Virus record (IMG/VR): IMGVR_UViG_3300023296_000874
Location: 1-64,000 of that record
Strand: one strand, 5' to 3'
Length of the DNA: 64,000 bases
Below, in pieces: positions 26,522 through 34,279 of this stretch. The first letter of the stretch is position 1; each line of letters begins with the position of its first letter. The translations under genes were made by a program, and so were the position numbers. A model generated the notes under the pieces. It ran no database searches, was not told the origin of the DNA, and saw nothing but the letters and a program-made list of their open reading frames with translations.

Positions 26522-26710
26522 CTACATCTGGATGGTGTAGTCAACTTCGGTGACGGCAGGCTTCTTGATGCGCTGCGTCTCTTCGTAGTCGTGGCGGCGG
26601 TCTTCCTGATCGATCCACCACTGAGGGGCGAGTGGGATCTGAATCTGAACAGGCGCTCTGCGGCTCTGCTCTTGCTTACGGCGCTGCTCGATGATGTAGG
26701 CGTCCAACAT
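26522..26710 (-). CDS. small protein with MLDAYIIE N-terminus
   Basis: 62-aa ORF, ACGGGAG SD, motif upstream. Confidence 0.75.
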   Translation of the reverse strand: MLDAYIIEQRRKQEQSRRAPVQIQIPLAPQWWIDQEDRRHDYEETQRIKKPAVTEVDYTIQM

Positions 26711-26734
26711 GCTGTGCTCCCGTTCTAATGGGTC

Positions 26735-26762
26735 AACGTAGCCACGCGCTTCTATCTCAGAT
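26735..26762 (-). promoter_or_regulatory. putative phage promoter ATCTGAG-N17-CGTT
   Basis: Motif upstream of ATG 26710. Confidence 0.7.
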
Positions 26763-26813
26763 GGTATGTGTAGATGCCTGCCCTCCCTTTCAGTATAGGG
26801 AGGTGATCTGTTG

Positions 26814-27140
26814 CTACGCCAGGATGAGAGCTGCTTTCTCTACCAGGCCCATCACCGGCAGAATCTCTTCTGGTACGACAATCACGTGGGAGAAGGGGTC
26901 GACGTCCACATAGGCGTGCTTCACCTTGCGCACCTGAATGTTCATGGCCTCACCGACAGGCACCTTGAAGTAGATCTTGTCGAAGTTGTTCTGGCAGATG
27001 ACACGCACGGTGAGCGCGTGGTCTTTCACTTCGACCACGCGCCCGAACCGTTGGCGTCCGTACTTCTTGCCTGATCCCGCCTTGGAGTAGAAGAGGATCC
27101 AAGCCCCAACACTCAAGGTGATGTCGTTGAAGCTCTTCAT
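26814..27140 (-). CDS. SH3-like hypothetical protein
   Basis: LSVGAWILF...FGRVVEVKDHALTVRV; ATGA coupling. Confidence 0.65.
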   Translation of the reverse strand: MKSFNDITLSVGAWILFYSKAGSGKKYGRQRFGRVVEVKDHALTVRVICQNNFDKIYFKVPVGEAMNIQVRKVKHAYVDVDPFSHVIVVPEEILPVMGLVEKAALILA

Positions 27141-27913
27141 CGGTTCTCTTCCGTTCGCAGGGTGTACTTGGAGTTGTAGGTGTCCTCAGCCTTCACCGTG
27201 ATGCAGTCCACCTCCGCGCCCGTCTCATCAACGATCACGGCGCAGAGCCACCCACCAAATGCACACGCCAGGTCGATGCCCGTTGCGTACACGTCGCGGA
27301 TAGGCTCAGGCTGCTTGTACGGCTGGTGGCCGTAGTACACATGTCCGAGGTAGCCGTCGTAGTTGATGGCCCAGAACTCCAGGCCCGGCTTCATGCTGAA
27401 CGTGCTGCCCACCATCTTGCCCGTTTCCGAGTCGATGTAGCGCACAAACCAGAGCTGGTTGTACTTGCCCTGACGCTTGCGGGAGTAGCCGTCGATGTCC
27501 CCTTGCGGAGGCAGGAAGGTCACGTCACGCGGCAGTCCGGCATGAACAACGAGCACGTTGCCCGGCAGCTTGATGTAGTGCGGGAAGGCAGCCATCCAGT
27601 CCTGGTCCTCTGTGGAGAGGGCAGCGGAGATGGTCGTGATCTCTTGGGAGTTGTGCTCGGGTGCCGGGCGTCCGTGCGCCACTTCCTGACGTCCTCGCCG
27701 AACGTGCCGAACATGCTTGTGGTCGTGGTTGCCCATGACGCACTCAGCTCCAAGGGAGCGGGCCAGCTTCACAACAGCGGGGCTGTCGGGGCCACGGTCT
27801 ACGAGGTCACCTGCGAACACGATCCGGCAGCCCTTGGGCAGCAGAGTGAGCAGAGTCTCGAGTTCGGCGATACATCCGTGGACGTCGCCAATGATTGCAG
27901 TGAGTTGTCCCAT
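27137..27913 (-). CDS. calcineurin-like metallophosphoesterase (second copy)
   Basis: GDVHG, GDLVDRGPDS, GNHD, VHAG, YGHQP, IDLACAFGG. Confidence 0.9.
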   Translation of the reverse strand: MGQLTAIIGDVHGCIAELETLLTLLPKGCRIVFAGDLVDRGPDSPAVVKLARSLGAECVMGNHDHKHVRHVRRGRQEVAHGRPAPEHNSQEITTISAALSTEDQDWMAAFPHYIKLPGNVLVVHAGLPRDVTFLPPQGDIDGYSRKRQGKYNQLWFVRYIDSETGKMVGSTFSMKPGLEFWAINYDGYLGHVYYGHQPYKQPEPIRDVYATGIDLACAFGGWLCAVIVDETGAEVDCITVKAEDTYNSKYTLRTEENR

Positions 27914-27921
27914 GTGTCTCT

Positions 27922-27949
27922 AACGCTCCGAGCTGGTCGGAAGTTAGAG
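27922..27949 (-). promoter_or_regulatory. putative phage promoter CTCTAAC-N17-CGTT, palindromic, possibly leaderless
   Basis: CTCTAAC/GTTAGAG and TCCGA/TCGGA inverted repeats; CGTT ends 8 nt before ATG 27913. Confidence 0.7.
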
Positions 27950-27954
27950 AGGTT

Positions 27955-28182
27955 CTACAACTCTTCTTCCGTCGGCTCTCTAAAGAAATCGTCGTGGTAC
28001 CCGTACAGCACACGACCGTCCTTGAGGGCAATGATGTAGTGCCCCTTCATATTCTTGATCTCCCCCAGCACAAGAACCGTGTCCCCCGCCTTGAAGGGGT
28101 ACTTGTCCTCGTACCCCTTGGGGAGGGTGTCCACGATCATGAGCACCCGTTCAAGGGGCGGCGAGGTGCCTACGTGGCTCAT
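27955..28182 (-). CDS. small SH3-like hypothetical protein
   Basis: PFKAGDTVLVLGEIKNMKGHYIIALKDGRVLYGYH; TGATG-type coupling at 28182. Confidence 0.7.
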   Translation of the reverse strand: MSHVGTSPPLERVLMIVDTLPKGYEDKYPFKAGDTVLVLGEIKNMKGHYIIALKDGRVLYGYHDDFFREPTEEEL

Positions 28183-28925
28183 CAGGTCCCTACAACCACA
28201 ACAGCGTCGACGGAGGTGTCGATGTCGACATGCTTGTCGGTGGATGTTACGCGCCATCCATCCGTGGTCTCAGTGAGTCGGAGGGTCGCCCATCCAGTTC
28301 CAACCAGGATGCCGTCACCGTCTGCTACCACGCGGCTCGCGGTGCTGAACATGTGTCGTACAGCGCTCTGAGTGCATCCGAACTGACGCTTGACGCCCTT
28401 GCTTGCAGCGAACAGCTCGTACTGGCTTTGAACGGCAACAGCACGCGCCCAGGTCGCCGCAGGATCAAGCGGTGGGGCCTCGGGTGCCTCAGCGTGGCGG
28501 TAACGAGTTACGGTGGCCGGAGGGGCGTACTTCAGGTACTGGTTGAAGGCCCACTGCTCCATGTTGGTGGTCGGAGGCCAGTGCTTCCAAGCGAAGTCCT
28601 CTTGCTCCCCACCGAACCGGAGGTAGGTGATCACAACTGCAACCATCTCGCCTGTCTCGTTGTGTGGCGAGTGAACGCACACAAACTCACCACGTCGGTC
28701 ACGGGCAAGGCGGAAGTAGCTGGTACCTTGGTCCTGTCGTGTGGTCCAGAACCTGCCACACATGGCGCGGCCAATGTCCTCCCCAACGGGAACGGCGTCG
28801 ATGAATGCCATGCGGCACCCACGATAGCCTGCGTTGGGCTGATGGATTCGGAACTGGTCTCGTGCGTGAGCCGTGATGATCACCGACATCTCGTGCTCTT
28901 CTACGCTTCTTCCATCGTTGGACAT
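28182..28925 (-). CDS. hypothetical protein
   Basis: ATG 28925 after GGGAGG SD. Confidence 0.7.
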   Translation of the reverse strand: MSNDGRSVEEHEMSVIITAHARDQFRIHQPNAGYRGCRMAFIDAVPVGEDIGRAMCGRFWTTRQDQGTSYFRLARDRRGEFVCVHSPHNETGEMVAVVITYLRFGGEQEDFAWKHWPPTTNMEQWAFNQYLKYAPPATVTRYRHAEAPEAPPLDPAATWARAVAVQSQYELFAASKGVKRQFGCTQSAVRHMFSTASRVVADGDGILVGTGWATLRLTETTDGWRVTSTDKHVDIDTSVDAVVVVGT

Positions 28926-28960
28926 TGACTTAGCCTCCCGTACCTCGAATTGTACCAGCC

Positions 28961-30172
28961 CTATGCGGCTGGAGCGACTGCCCATCCGATTTGCGGGGTC
29001 AGGTAGCGTCCCACAAACTCACTTCCCAGTACACCGGAGATCAGCTTCATGTTGCGTTCTGGAATTCCGGAAGGTCCGTCGGCATCGATGATGAACTCAA
29101 CCTGGCTCACGTTGGCCGGGTAGCTGTTGGCGACGTAGCGGAGATCTACTCCCTCTTGGACGTCGGGTACCGCGCGGTCGTACTGCTCGGCGTAGGCTTG
29201 AACCGCAGCCTCGTCGAAGGTCTGACGCATCTCGGAGGGGTACTGGGCCACGCCGGGGATCTGCCAGGGCTCGTCGGGGTTGTCGTAGCTGTAGTTGGGG
29301 TTCCGAACCATGGCGGTGCCGGGGCGCGGGGAGTGAGCGAAGAAGGCGTTGATCCATCCGGAGATGTACGGGCCACCCGATCCTCCGTGCTCCTTGAAGA
29401 AGGAGCGCCAGAAGGTCAGATCCTCTTCGCCGTTGGCCGCAGCCTTGAGCTTGGCAGTCACACCACCGAGGGTCTCTACCCACCGCGCGAGGCCGGGGAA
29501 CTTGGTCCCGATGGTCTTGACGCCGTCGTGGATCTTGTCCCAATCCTCGGGAGTTCCGCCAAGGTTGAAGGCCGGGATGCCGCACATGGTCCCGCCACGG
29601 TACTCGAAGTAGTCGCTGGCGACGTCCATGAAGGTGATGAGCAGAGCGGTCCGGCTCTCGTCGGTGTCGGTGCTGAAGGAGGGGAGCAGGTCATCGCTGA
29701 ACCCGCCCGGCACCTTCTCACGGAGGAGGTCACGGAACACGGGGATGGTCGCGGCCCAATCGGGCGTCAGGGTGCCGAAACTGTCGTCGAGCACCTTCAG
29801 AACCTGCTTCTCGCCGGGCTTGGTGGTGAAGAGGTGTGCGCAGGCCTCCGTGTTGAGGTGAACGTGGATTGCCACCTCGTGAAGGATCATGTACCACACA
29901 ACCTCGGGGTCGATGCCGAAGGGGATGTGTTGGTCGAAGGCGTGATGCGCGGCCTGCACGAACACGGAGGTCTTGGGGGCACCACGGTAGTGCTCACGGG
30001 CCTCGATGAAGGTCTGGTTCGGGCGGCTCACAAACACGGGCGTCAGGCCGGTGATGCCGTTGATGAAGTCTGCCGTCGACTCGGTCGCGGGCTTCCAGCT
30101 CTTCTCGTCTTCCCACAGAAGGGTCAGACGGGAGTCGGACTCAACGGATGGATCGGTGATCACTACGGACAT
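28961..30172 (-). CDS. DUF4419-like protein
   Basis: AFDQHIPFGIDPEVVWYMI, PSFSTDT, MD...YFEY, CGIP...LGGTPEDW, ISGWINAFF match my recollection of this family. Confidence 0.75.
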   Translation of the reverse strand: MSVVITDPSVESDSRLTLLWEDEKSWKPATESTADFINGITGLTPVFVSRPNQTFIEAREHYRGAPKTSVFVQAAHHAFDQHIPFGIDPEVVWYMILHEVAIHVHLNTEACAHLFTTKPGEKQVLKVLDDSFGTLTPDWAATIPVFRDLLREKVPGGFSDDLLPSFSTDTDESRTALLITFMDVASDYFEYRGGTMCGIPAFNLGGTPEDWDKIHDGVKTIGTKFPGLARWVETLGGVTAKLKAAANGEEDLTFWRSFFKEHGGSGGPYISGWINAFFAHSPRPGTAMVRNPNYSYDNPDEPWQIPGVAQYPSEMRQTFDEAAVQAYAEQYDRAVPDVQEGVDLRYVANSYPANVSQVEFIIDADGPSGIPERNMKLISGVLGSEFVGRYLTPQIGWAVAPAA

Positions 30173-30247
30173 TAGCGCGCCTCGGTAAGTTGGGGTCTAC
30201 ATCCCTCCAACCACTATGAGCCCTAAGTCGTGCGGTTCGGAACCGAA

Positions 30248-30745
30248 TCAACCGTAGTCGAGCCAGTAGAGCTCAAGGGAGTCATCAGGGCAGAAGATCA
30301 CCCGCGCCGCTTCCATCTGAGCCACGTTCGAGCACCAGTGGTCGAAGTGGTAGTGGTACTGACACCGGAAGGTGTGGCGTGGCTGGTCGGGCTTGCACCA
30401 CTCGTTCCAGATGCGCGCTGCGTCCTCTACGGTCCCGTCTCCGTAGGCCACCTGACGGCTACGGTCACATCCACCATTGGTGAGGAGTCCTTTGGAATGG
30501 CCGTAGGGACAGACGTTGACGTACATCTTGCCGTCCACGATCTCGATGCCGATCCAGTAGGTGTGGGTCTCCCAATCCCACCACGCCATGAGGCAGCGCG
30601 GCCCACTGCCGGGGTCCTGGTCAGGCTTGTCCCACCGCTCCTGTAGATCCGCTCCCGTCATCAACGGGCGAGGCTTGATCTGTACCTTGTCGAACATCCA
30701 CTGCGGGGGTGCTCTGTAGGTCTCAGGCTCGGAGGTTTCTGCCAT
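30248..30745 (-). CDS. Trp/Cys/His-rich hypothetical protein
   Basis: ATG 30745 coupled to NUDIX stop. Confidence 0.65.
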   Translation of the reverse strand: MAETSEPETYRAPPQWMFDKVQIKPRPLMTGADLQERWDKPDQDPGSGPRCLMAWWDWETHTYWIGIEIVDGKMYVNVCPYGHSKGLLTNGGCDRSRQVAYGDGTVEDAARIWNEWCKPDQPRHTFRCQYHYHFDHWCSNVAQMEAARVIFCPDDSLELYWLDYG

Positions 30746-31140
30746 CAGGACACAAGTTCCCGTACTCGCTGGTTGTACTGAGCGAAGGGGCCACGGGCCA
30801 ACACGTCCCAGCCAACCCAATCCACCTTCCCCTCGGAGGGGTCGGTGGGAATCCAGGTGGCACGCTTCAGGTCCAGGTACTCCACCCGGAAGGTGACGCA
30901 GTCGTAGTCCTGATCTCCCTCACACACCGCGCGGTACACCTCGGTCAGCTCGGTGTCGATGGGGAGTTGGTAGCCGGTCTCCTCAGCGGCTTCACGGAGT
31001 GCTGCCTGCTCGGGGGTCTCTCCGGGGTCCACCTTCCCACCAGGCAGTCCGAAGGCGGTGTGGTCGTTGCGTCGGCTACAGGCCAGCACCTCACCCTCGG
31101 GGTTGACAACGATGATGCAAACGGCAATCGGTAGGCTCAT
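30745..31140 (-). CDS. NUDIX hydrolase
   Basis: [25 protein letters not shown] Nudix box. Confidence 0.9.
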   Translation of the reverse strand: MSLPIAVCIIVVNPEGEVLACSRRNDHTAFGLPGGKVDPGETPEQAALREAAEETGYQLPIDTELTEVYRAVCEGDQDYDCVTFRVEYLDLKRATWIPTDPSEGKVDWVGWDVLARGPFAQYNQRVRELVS

Positions 31141-31439
31141 GGGGCGTCCTTCTTCTTCGGTGGGATCAAGCCCACCAGGTCCCAGTACACTGAATGTGTT
31201 CGGTTGTGGTTGATTTCCAGCCACACGCGGAAGCACTCAGTGTCCAGAGCGAATCGCCCTCCTCTGAGTACTTTCCCGTCGCGGGTGATCTCCATGGTAC
31301 GTCCACCCTTGAGCTTCCTACCCCGGCTCGCTGCCACACGACGCACGAACATGATGTCGCGCTCGGCCTTGAGTACCGTCTCGGTTCCCTTGGGTCCGTG
31401 GATGTAGAGGCAGTAGGAGTAGTTCTTGGGCACGCTCAC
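31137..31439 (-). CDS. hypothetical protein
   Basis: GTGA and ATGA coupling on both sides. Confidence 0.65.
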   Translation of the reverse strand: MSVPKNYSYCLYIHGPKGTETVLKAERDIMFVRRVAASRGRKLKGGRTMEITRDGKVLRGGRFALDTECFRVWLEINHNRTHSVYWDLVGLIPPKKKDAP

Positions 31440-31807
31440 CCCATAGGCTGTGGGTTGATGGTCGGAGGGCGGTCCCACTCGTCAGGCACGGTGCCCAACT
31501 GTTCCGTCCAATCAACGCCTCGAGCTATGCAGACGTCAGAGTAGTTCTTGAGGTAGTAGGGAGCCATCAGGGGGCTGATCCACGGAAGGTTGTCGGCCAC
31601 GTCTTTCGCGTCCTTCATGCCCATCCCCAGGTCCCGCATGGTCCGGATGACTTCCATCCGGTCACCGCCTGTGATGGTGACCGTTCCACGGTCGTCAGGG
31701 ACCATCTTCTGAACCCAGCCACGCTGGAGCACCTCGTTGCAGAGGTCGGTCATCTCCTCGAAATCGAGGGTGGCAAGGTAGTCTGCTACTTCTTCACGGG
31801 TCGGCAT
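31436..31807 (-). CDS. divergent ribosomal protein bL12 (L7/L12)-like protein, copy 2
   Basis: [23 protein letters not shown] (NTD-like); [29 protein letters not shown] (CTD-like). Confidence 0.65.
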   Translation of the reverse strand: [123 protein letters not shown]

Positions 31808-31810
31808 GGT

Positions 31811-32248
31811 TCAGCCCTCGTCGAATAGAAGAGTGGTTCGGTTCAGCGGTCCGGGCTCAACGTACTCAGCCTCGGCCTCGGGGATTTGTCCCTGTTCACC
31901 ACCCGGCGTCAGGTCGTAGCGCGCACCGATCCTGTCGAGGATCCCAACAATCTCCGGCTCACGGTCTACACCGTCTCGGTCCGTAGGGATCGGGAAAGTC
32001 CAGGGGTTGCGGGCAAGGTCCTCGGAGCGTACCTTGGATTCCTTGAGGCCCTCTCCAGTCACGGATCGGATCAGCTTGATGAGCTGGATCTTGTTGTCAC
32101 CGAAGGTGTGTACCGTGAGGGTGGTCGGACCGAACTTCTTCACCTTGATCTGCTGCCACCCCGCGCGGATAGCCTCGTTGCAGATGTCCTCGATGTCGAG
32201 GATCTCACACTGAGCGAGGTAGCTGACCACTTCTTCACGGGTTGTCAT
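31811..32248 (-). CDS. divergent bL12 (L7/L12)-like protein, copy 1, with terminal [10 protein letters not shown]
   Basis: [23 protein letters not shown] versus canonical [34 protein letters not shown]. Confidence 0.75.
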   Translation of the reverse strand: [145 protein letters not shown]

Positions 32249-32497
32249 CTACATAGTCCAGAGGAAGAAGGAGCCGGACGCCAGGATGGTGAACACCAGA
32301 CGCCAGCCCCAACCCAACGTGACGAGGGCCTGCGTGCGCTGGTAGAAGGTCACGTTGCGGAAGGATGCGGGCTGGTTGGAGTGCAGCCATGCGTAGGCGA
32401 AGAAGCTGAACAGGTAGGAGGCGAGGATCACCGCGAAGATTTGAGCATCCGAGGCTCCAGCAGTGATTTGGGTGGCGGTGTCTAAGTCCATGTCCAT
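32249..32497 (-). CDS. small two-TM membrane protein
   Basis: Two hydrophobic helices. Confidence 0.6.
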   Translation of the reverse strand: MDMDLDTATQITAGASDAQIFAVILASYLFSFFAYAWLHSNQPASFRNVTFYQRTQALVTLGWGWRLVFTILASGSFFLWTM

Positions 32498-32499
32498 GT

Positions 32500-32745
32500 C
32501 TACCTCATCAGAGCTGATGCGCTCATTCGGGTGCGGATGCGGCCCCAACGGGCCTTCTGGAATTTGTAGGAGGCAGCGATGTAGTCGGTACAGAGCTCGC
32601 GCACCACGTCGTATCCGAGGTCGAACGCCGCTGCCCCCTGCCATGCCTCGTCGGCCTTGCGCATTGCTGCGTGGAGATCGAGGAGGGTCTGGTCGCCACC
32701 GAAGTAGGCGAGGTCTCGAGGTGCGATGGCGGTGTACTTATACAA
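32500..32745 (-). CDS. hypothetical protein
   Basis: TTG start after ACGGAG; motif upstream. Confidence 0.65.
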   Translation of the reverse strand: MYKYTAIAPRDLAYFGGDQTLLDLHAAMRKADEAWQGAAAFDLGYDVVRELCTDYIAASYKFQKARWGRIRTRMSASALMR

Positions 32746-32768
32746 TTCGTGCTCCGTGCTACTCCTTC

Positions 32769-32796
32769 AACGCCTTTCGTAGCGTGAAAGTCAGAG
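32769..32796 (-). promoter_or_regulatory. putative phage promoter CTCTGAC-N17-CGTT
   Basis: Motif overlapping upstream stop codon. Confidence 0.7.
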
Positions 32797-33297
32797 CCTT
32801 TCGGAATAGATTGCGACACTGGCTCGAACAGCGTCTTCTTCGTCCGCCCGTCGGAGGGTGAGCAGTAGGCGGACGTGACCATCTACATGCCCTTTGAATC
32901 CACTTGCCTGATCGGCTTCTTTCCGGGCACTGATGAGCGCGTTAGCCATCCCACGGGAGGTCTCGCCACGCAAGGAGCGTATAGAGATCATGAGGACTGA
33001 GTGGGCTCCACGCACCCGTTCGAACTTACCGATACTGAATCCCTTCAGGTTACTTGAGTCCCACCCGTCGATGAGTAGCTCCCTTCGGTCCACGGATATC
33101 AGGGAGATAGCCCATGAGGTGTGAGTGTACGCTTCGAGCTTCGCCCACACCTCAACCTGACGCAGCAACCCGCTGAGCTTCAGGGCAGTCAAGGGCGGCG
33201 TGAACACAAGGTCTGGGAACTCTGGAGGCGGGACGGGCTCGCCGTCTTCCCCCATCAGCTCTTCGAGCCTCGCATGTTGCTCTGATTCTTCAGGCAT
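32791..33297 (-). CDS. hypothetical protein, N-terminal ARLEELMG tag, paralog of 33305
   Basis: ATG 33297 after GAGGA; shares FPDL...VExW...RRELxxxGWD with neighbour. Confidence 0.75.
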   Translation of the reverse strand: MPEESEQHARLEELMGEDGEPVPPPEFPDLVFTPPLTALKLSGLLRQVEVWAKLEAYTHTSWAISLISVDRRELLIDGWDSSNLKGFSIGKFERVRGAHSVLMISIRSLRGETSRGMANALISARKEADQASGFKGHVDGHVRLLLTLRRADEEDAVRASVAIYSERL

Positions 33298-33304
33298 GTG
33301 GTCC

Positions 33305-33784
33305 TCAATAGAGTGGCTTGGATCCGAAGCCCACGAAAGCGGGGCGCACTTCTTCCTCGTCCCTTGCCACGTAGAGCAGGAGTCGGGGGTGTGGATACTT
33401 CTCAAGGTCTGGGGGCTTGTCTCTCTTGGACTTAGCCGTCAGGGCTCGCACGGCGGCTTTCGCCTTGGGGTCCTTGTAGAGGCTGGTGCGAACGGCAAGA
33501 TAGAACCGGTTGGCTGCCGATGACCATGCCAGCTCACCAAGGCCGGGGAGGGTCAGTAGGCGTTCCTCATCCCATCCCGCCACTACCAACTCACGGCGAA
33601 TCGCGTTGGGCATTCCCACCTTGAAGTTCAAGCTACGTCCAGTCCAGAGCTCCACCTCGTAAAGGATCGCAAGGAGCTGCTCGATGGTCATGGGAGACGT
33701 GTAGCGAAGATCGGGGAACGGATGGGGATCCGGGGTGTCGCCCATCAACTCGTCGAGTCGACTATGCTGTTCGGTCTCTTCCAT
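33305..33784 (-). CDS. hypothetical protein, N-terminal SRLDELMG tag, paralog of 32791
   Basis: As above. Confidence 0.75.
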   Translation of the reverse strand: MEETEQHSRLDELMGDTPDPHPFPDLRYTSPMTIEQLLAILYEVELWTGRSLNFKVGMPNAIRRELVVAGWDEERLLTLPGLGELAWSSAANRFYLAVRTSLYKDPKAKAAVRALTAKSKRDKPPDLEKYPHPRLLLYVARDEEEVRPAFVGFGSKPLY

Positions 33785-33792
33785 GTGAGCTC

Positions 33793-33820
33793 AACGTGCC
33801 TACTTGCACGGAACTCAGGC
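33793..33820 (-). promoter_or_regulatory. putative phage promoter GCCTGAG-N17-CGTT, possibly leaderless
   Basis: CGTT ends 8 nt before ATG 33784; CGTGC/GCACG inverted repeat. Confidence 0.6.
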
Positions 33821-34240
33821 AGCCATTTCATCTCTTGCTTCGGCGTAGTGGAGCGGGCACTCAACCACGCCATACACGGGGTCGCACCGGACGTAGCCCA
33901 TGTCGGAGGTCGGGTTGATGGTCAGCGACACGCCGAACAGGGTGCTTGCCGCCGCGTCCGTGAACTCTACGAACCGGTTCTCGTCAGAGTTGACGAGATC
34001 GCGATACATGCGGGAGCTGAGCTCCACGGAGTCCACACGGAGGTCCCACCGCTCAATCTGAGCGAATGCGGTAGCCATCACCTCAACGGTCAGAACATCA
34101 AAGACCATCGGGTCAGGACGGCGCTCCAACTCCCGAATCAGGGCGCGGCGGGTGTCGCTCATTGGAGGCTGGTTCAGGTATACGGCAGGGGAAGGGACCG
34201 TCTGCCGTACTTGAACATCTATGCTGACTACAGAGTACAT
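33815..34240 (-). CDS. hypothetical protein resembling a fragment of a major capsid protein
   Basis: AFAQIERWDLRVDSVELSSRMYRDL...LFGVSL recalls HK97-type capsid P-domain sequences; unverified. Confidence 0.55.
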   Translation of the reverse strand: MYSVVSIDVQVRQTVPSPAVYLNQPPMSDTRRALIRELERRPDPMVFDVLTVEVMATAFAQIERWDLRVDSVELSSRMYRDLVNSDENRFVEFTDAAASTLFGVSLTINPTSDMGYVRCDPVYGVVECPLHYAEARDEMAA

Positions 34241-34279
34241 GAGCCCTCGAACAGCCCATGCACCCCGCAGCCCGCAAAT

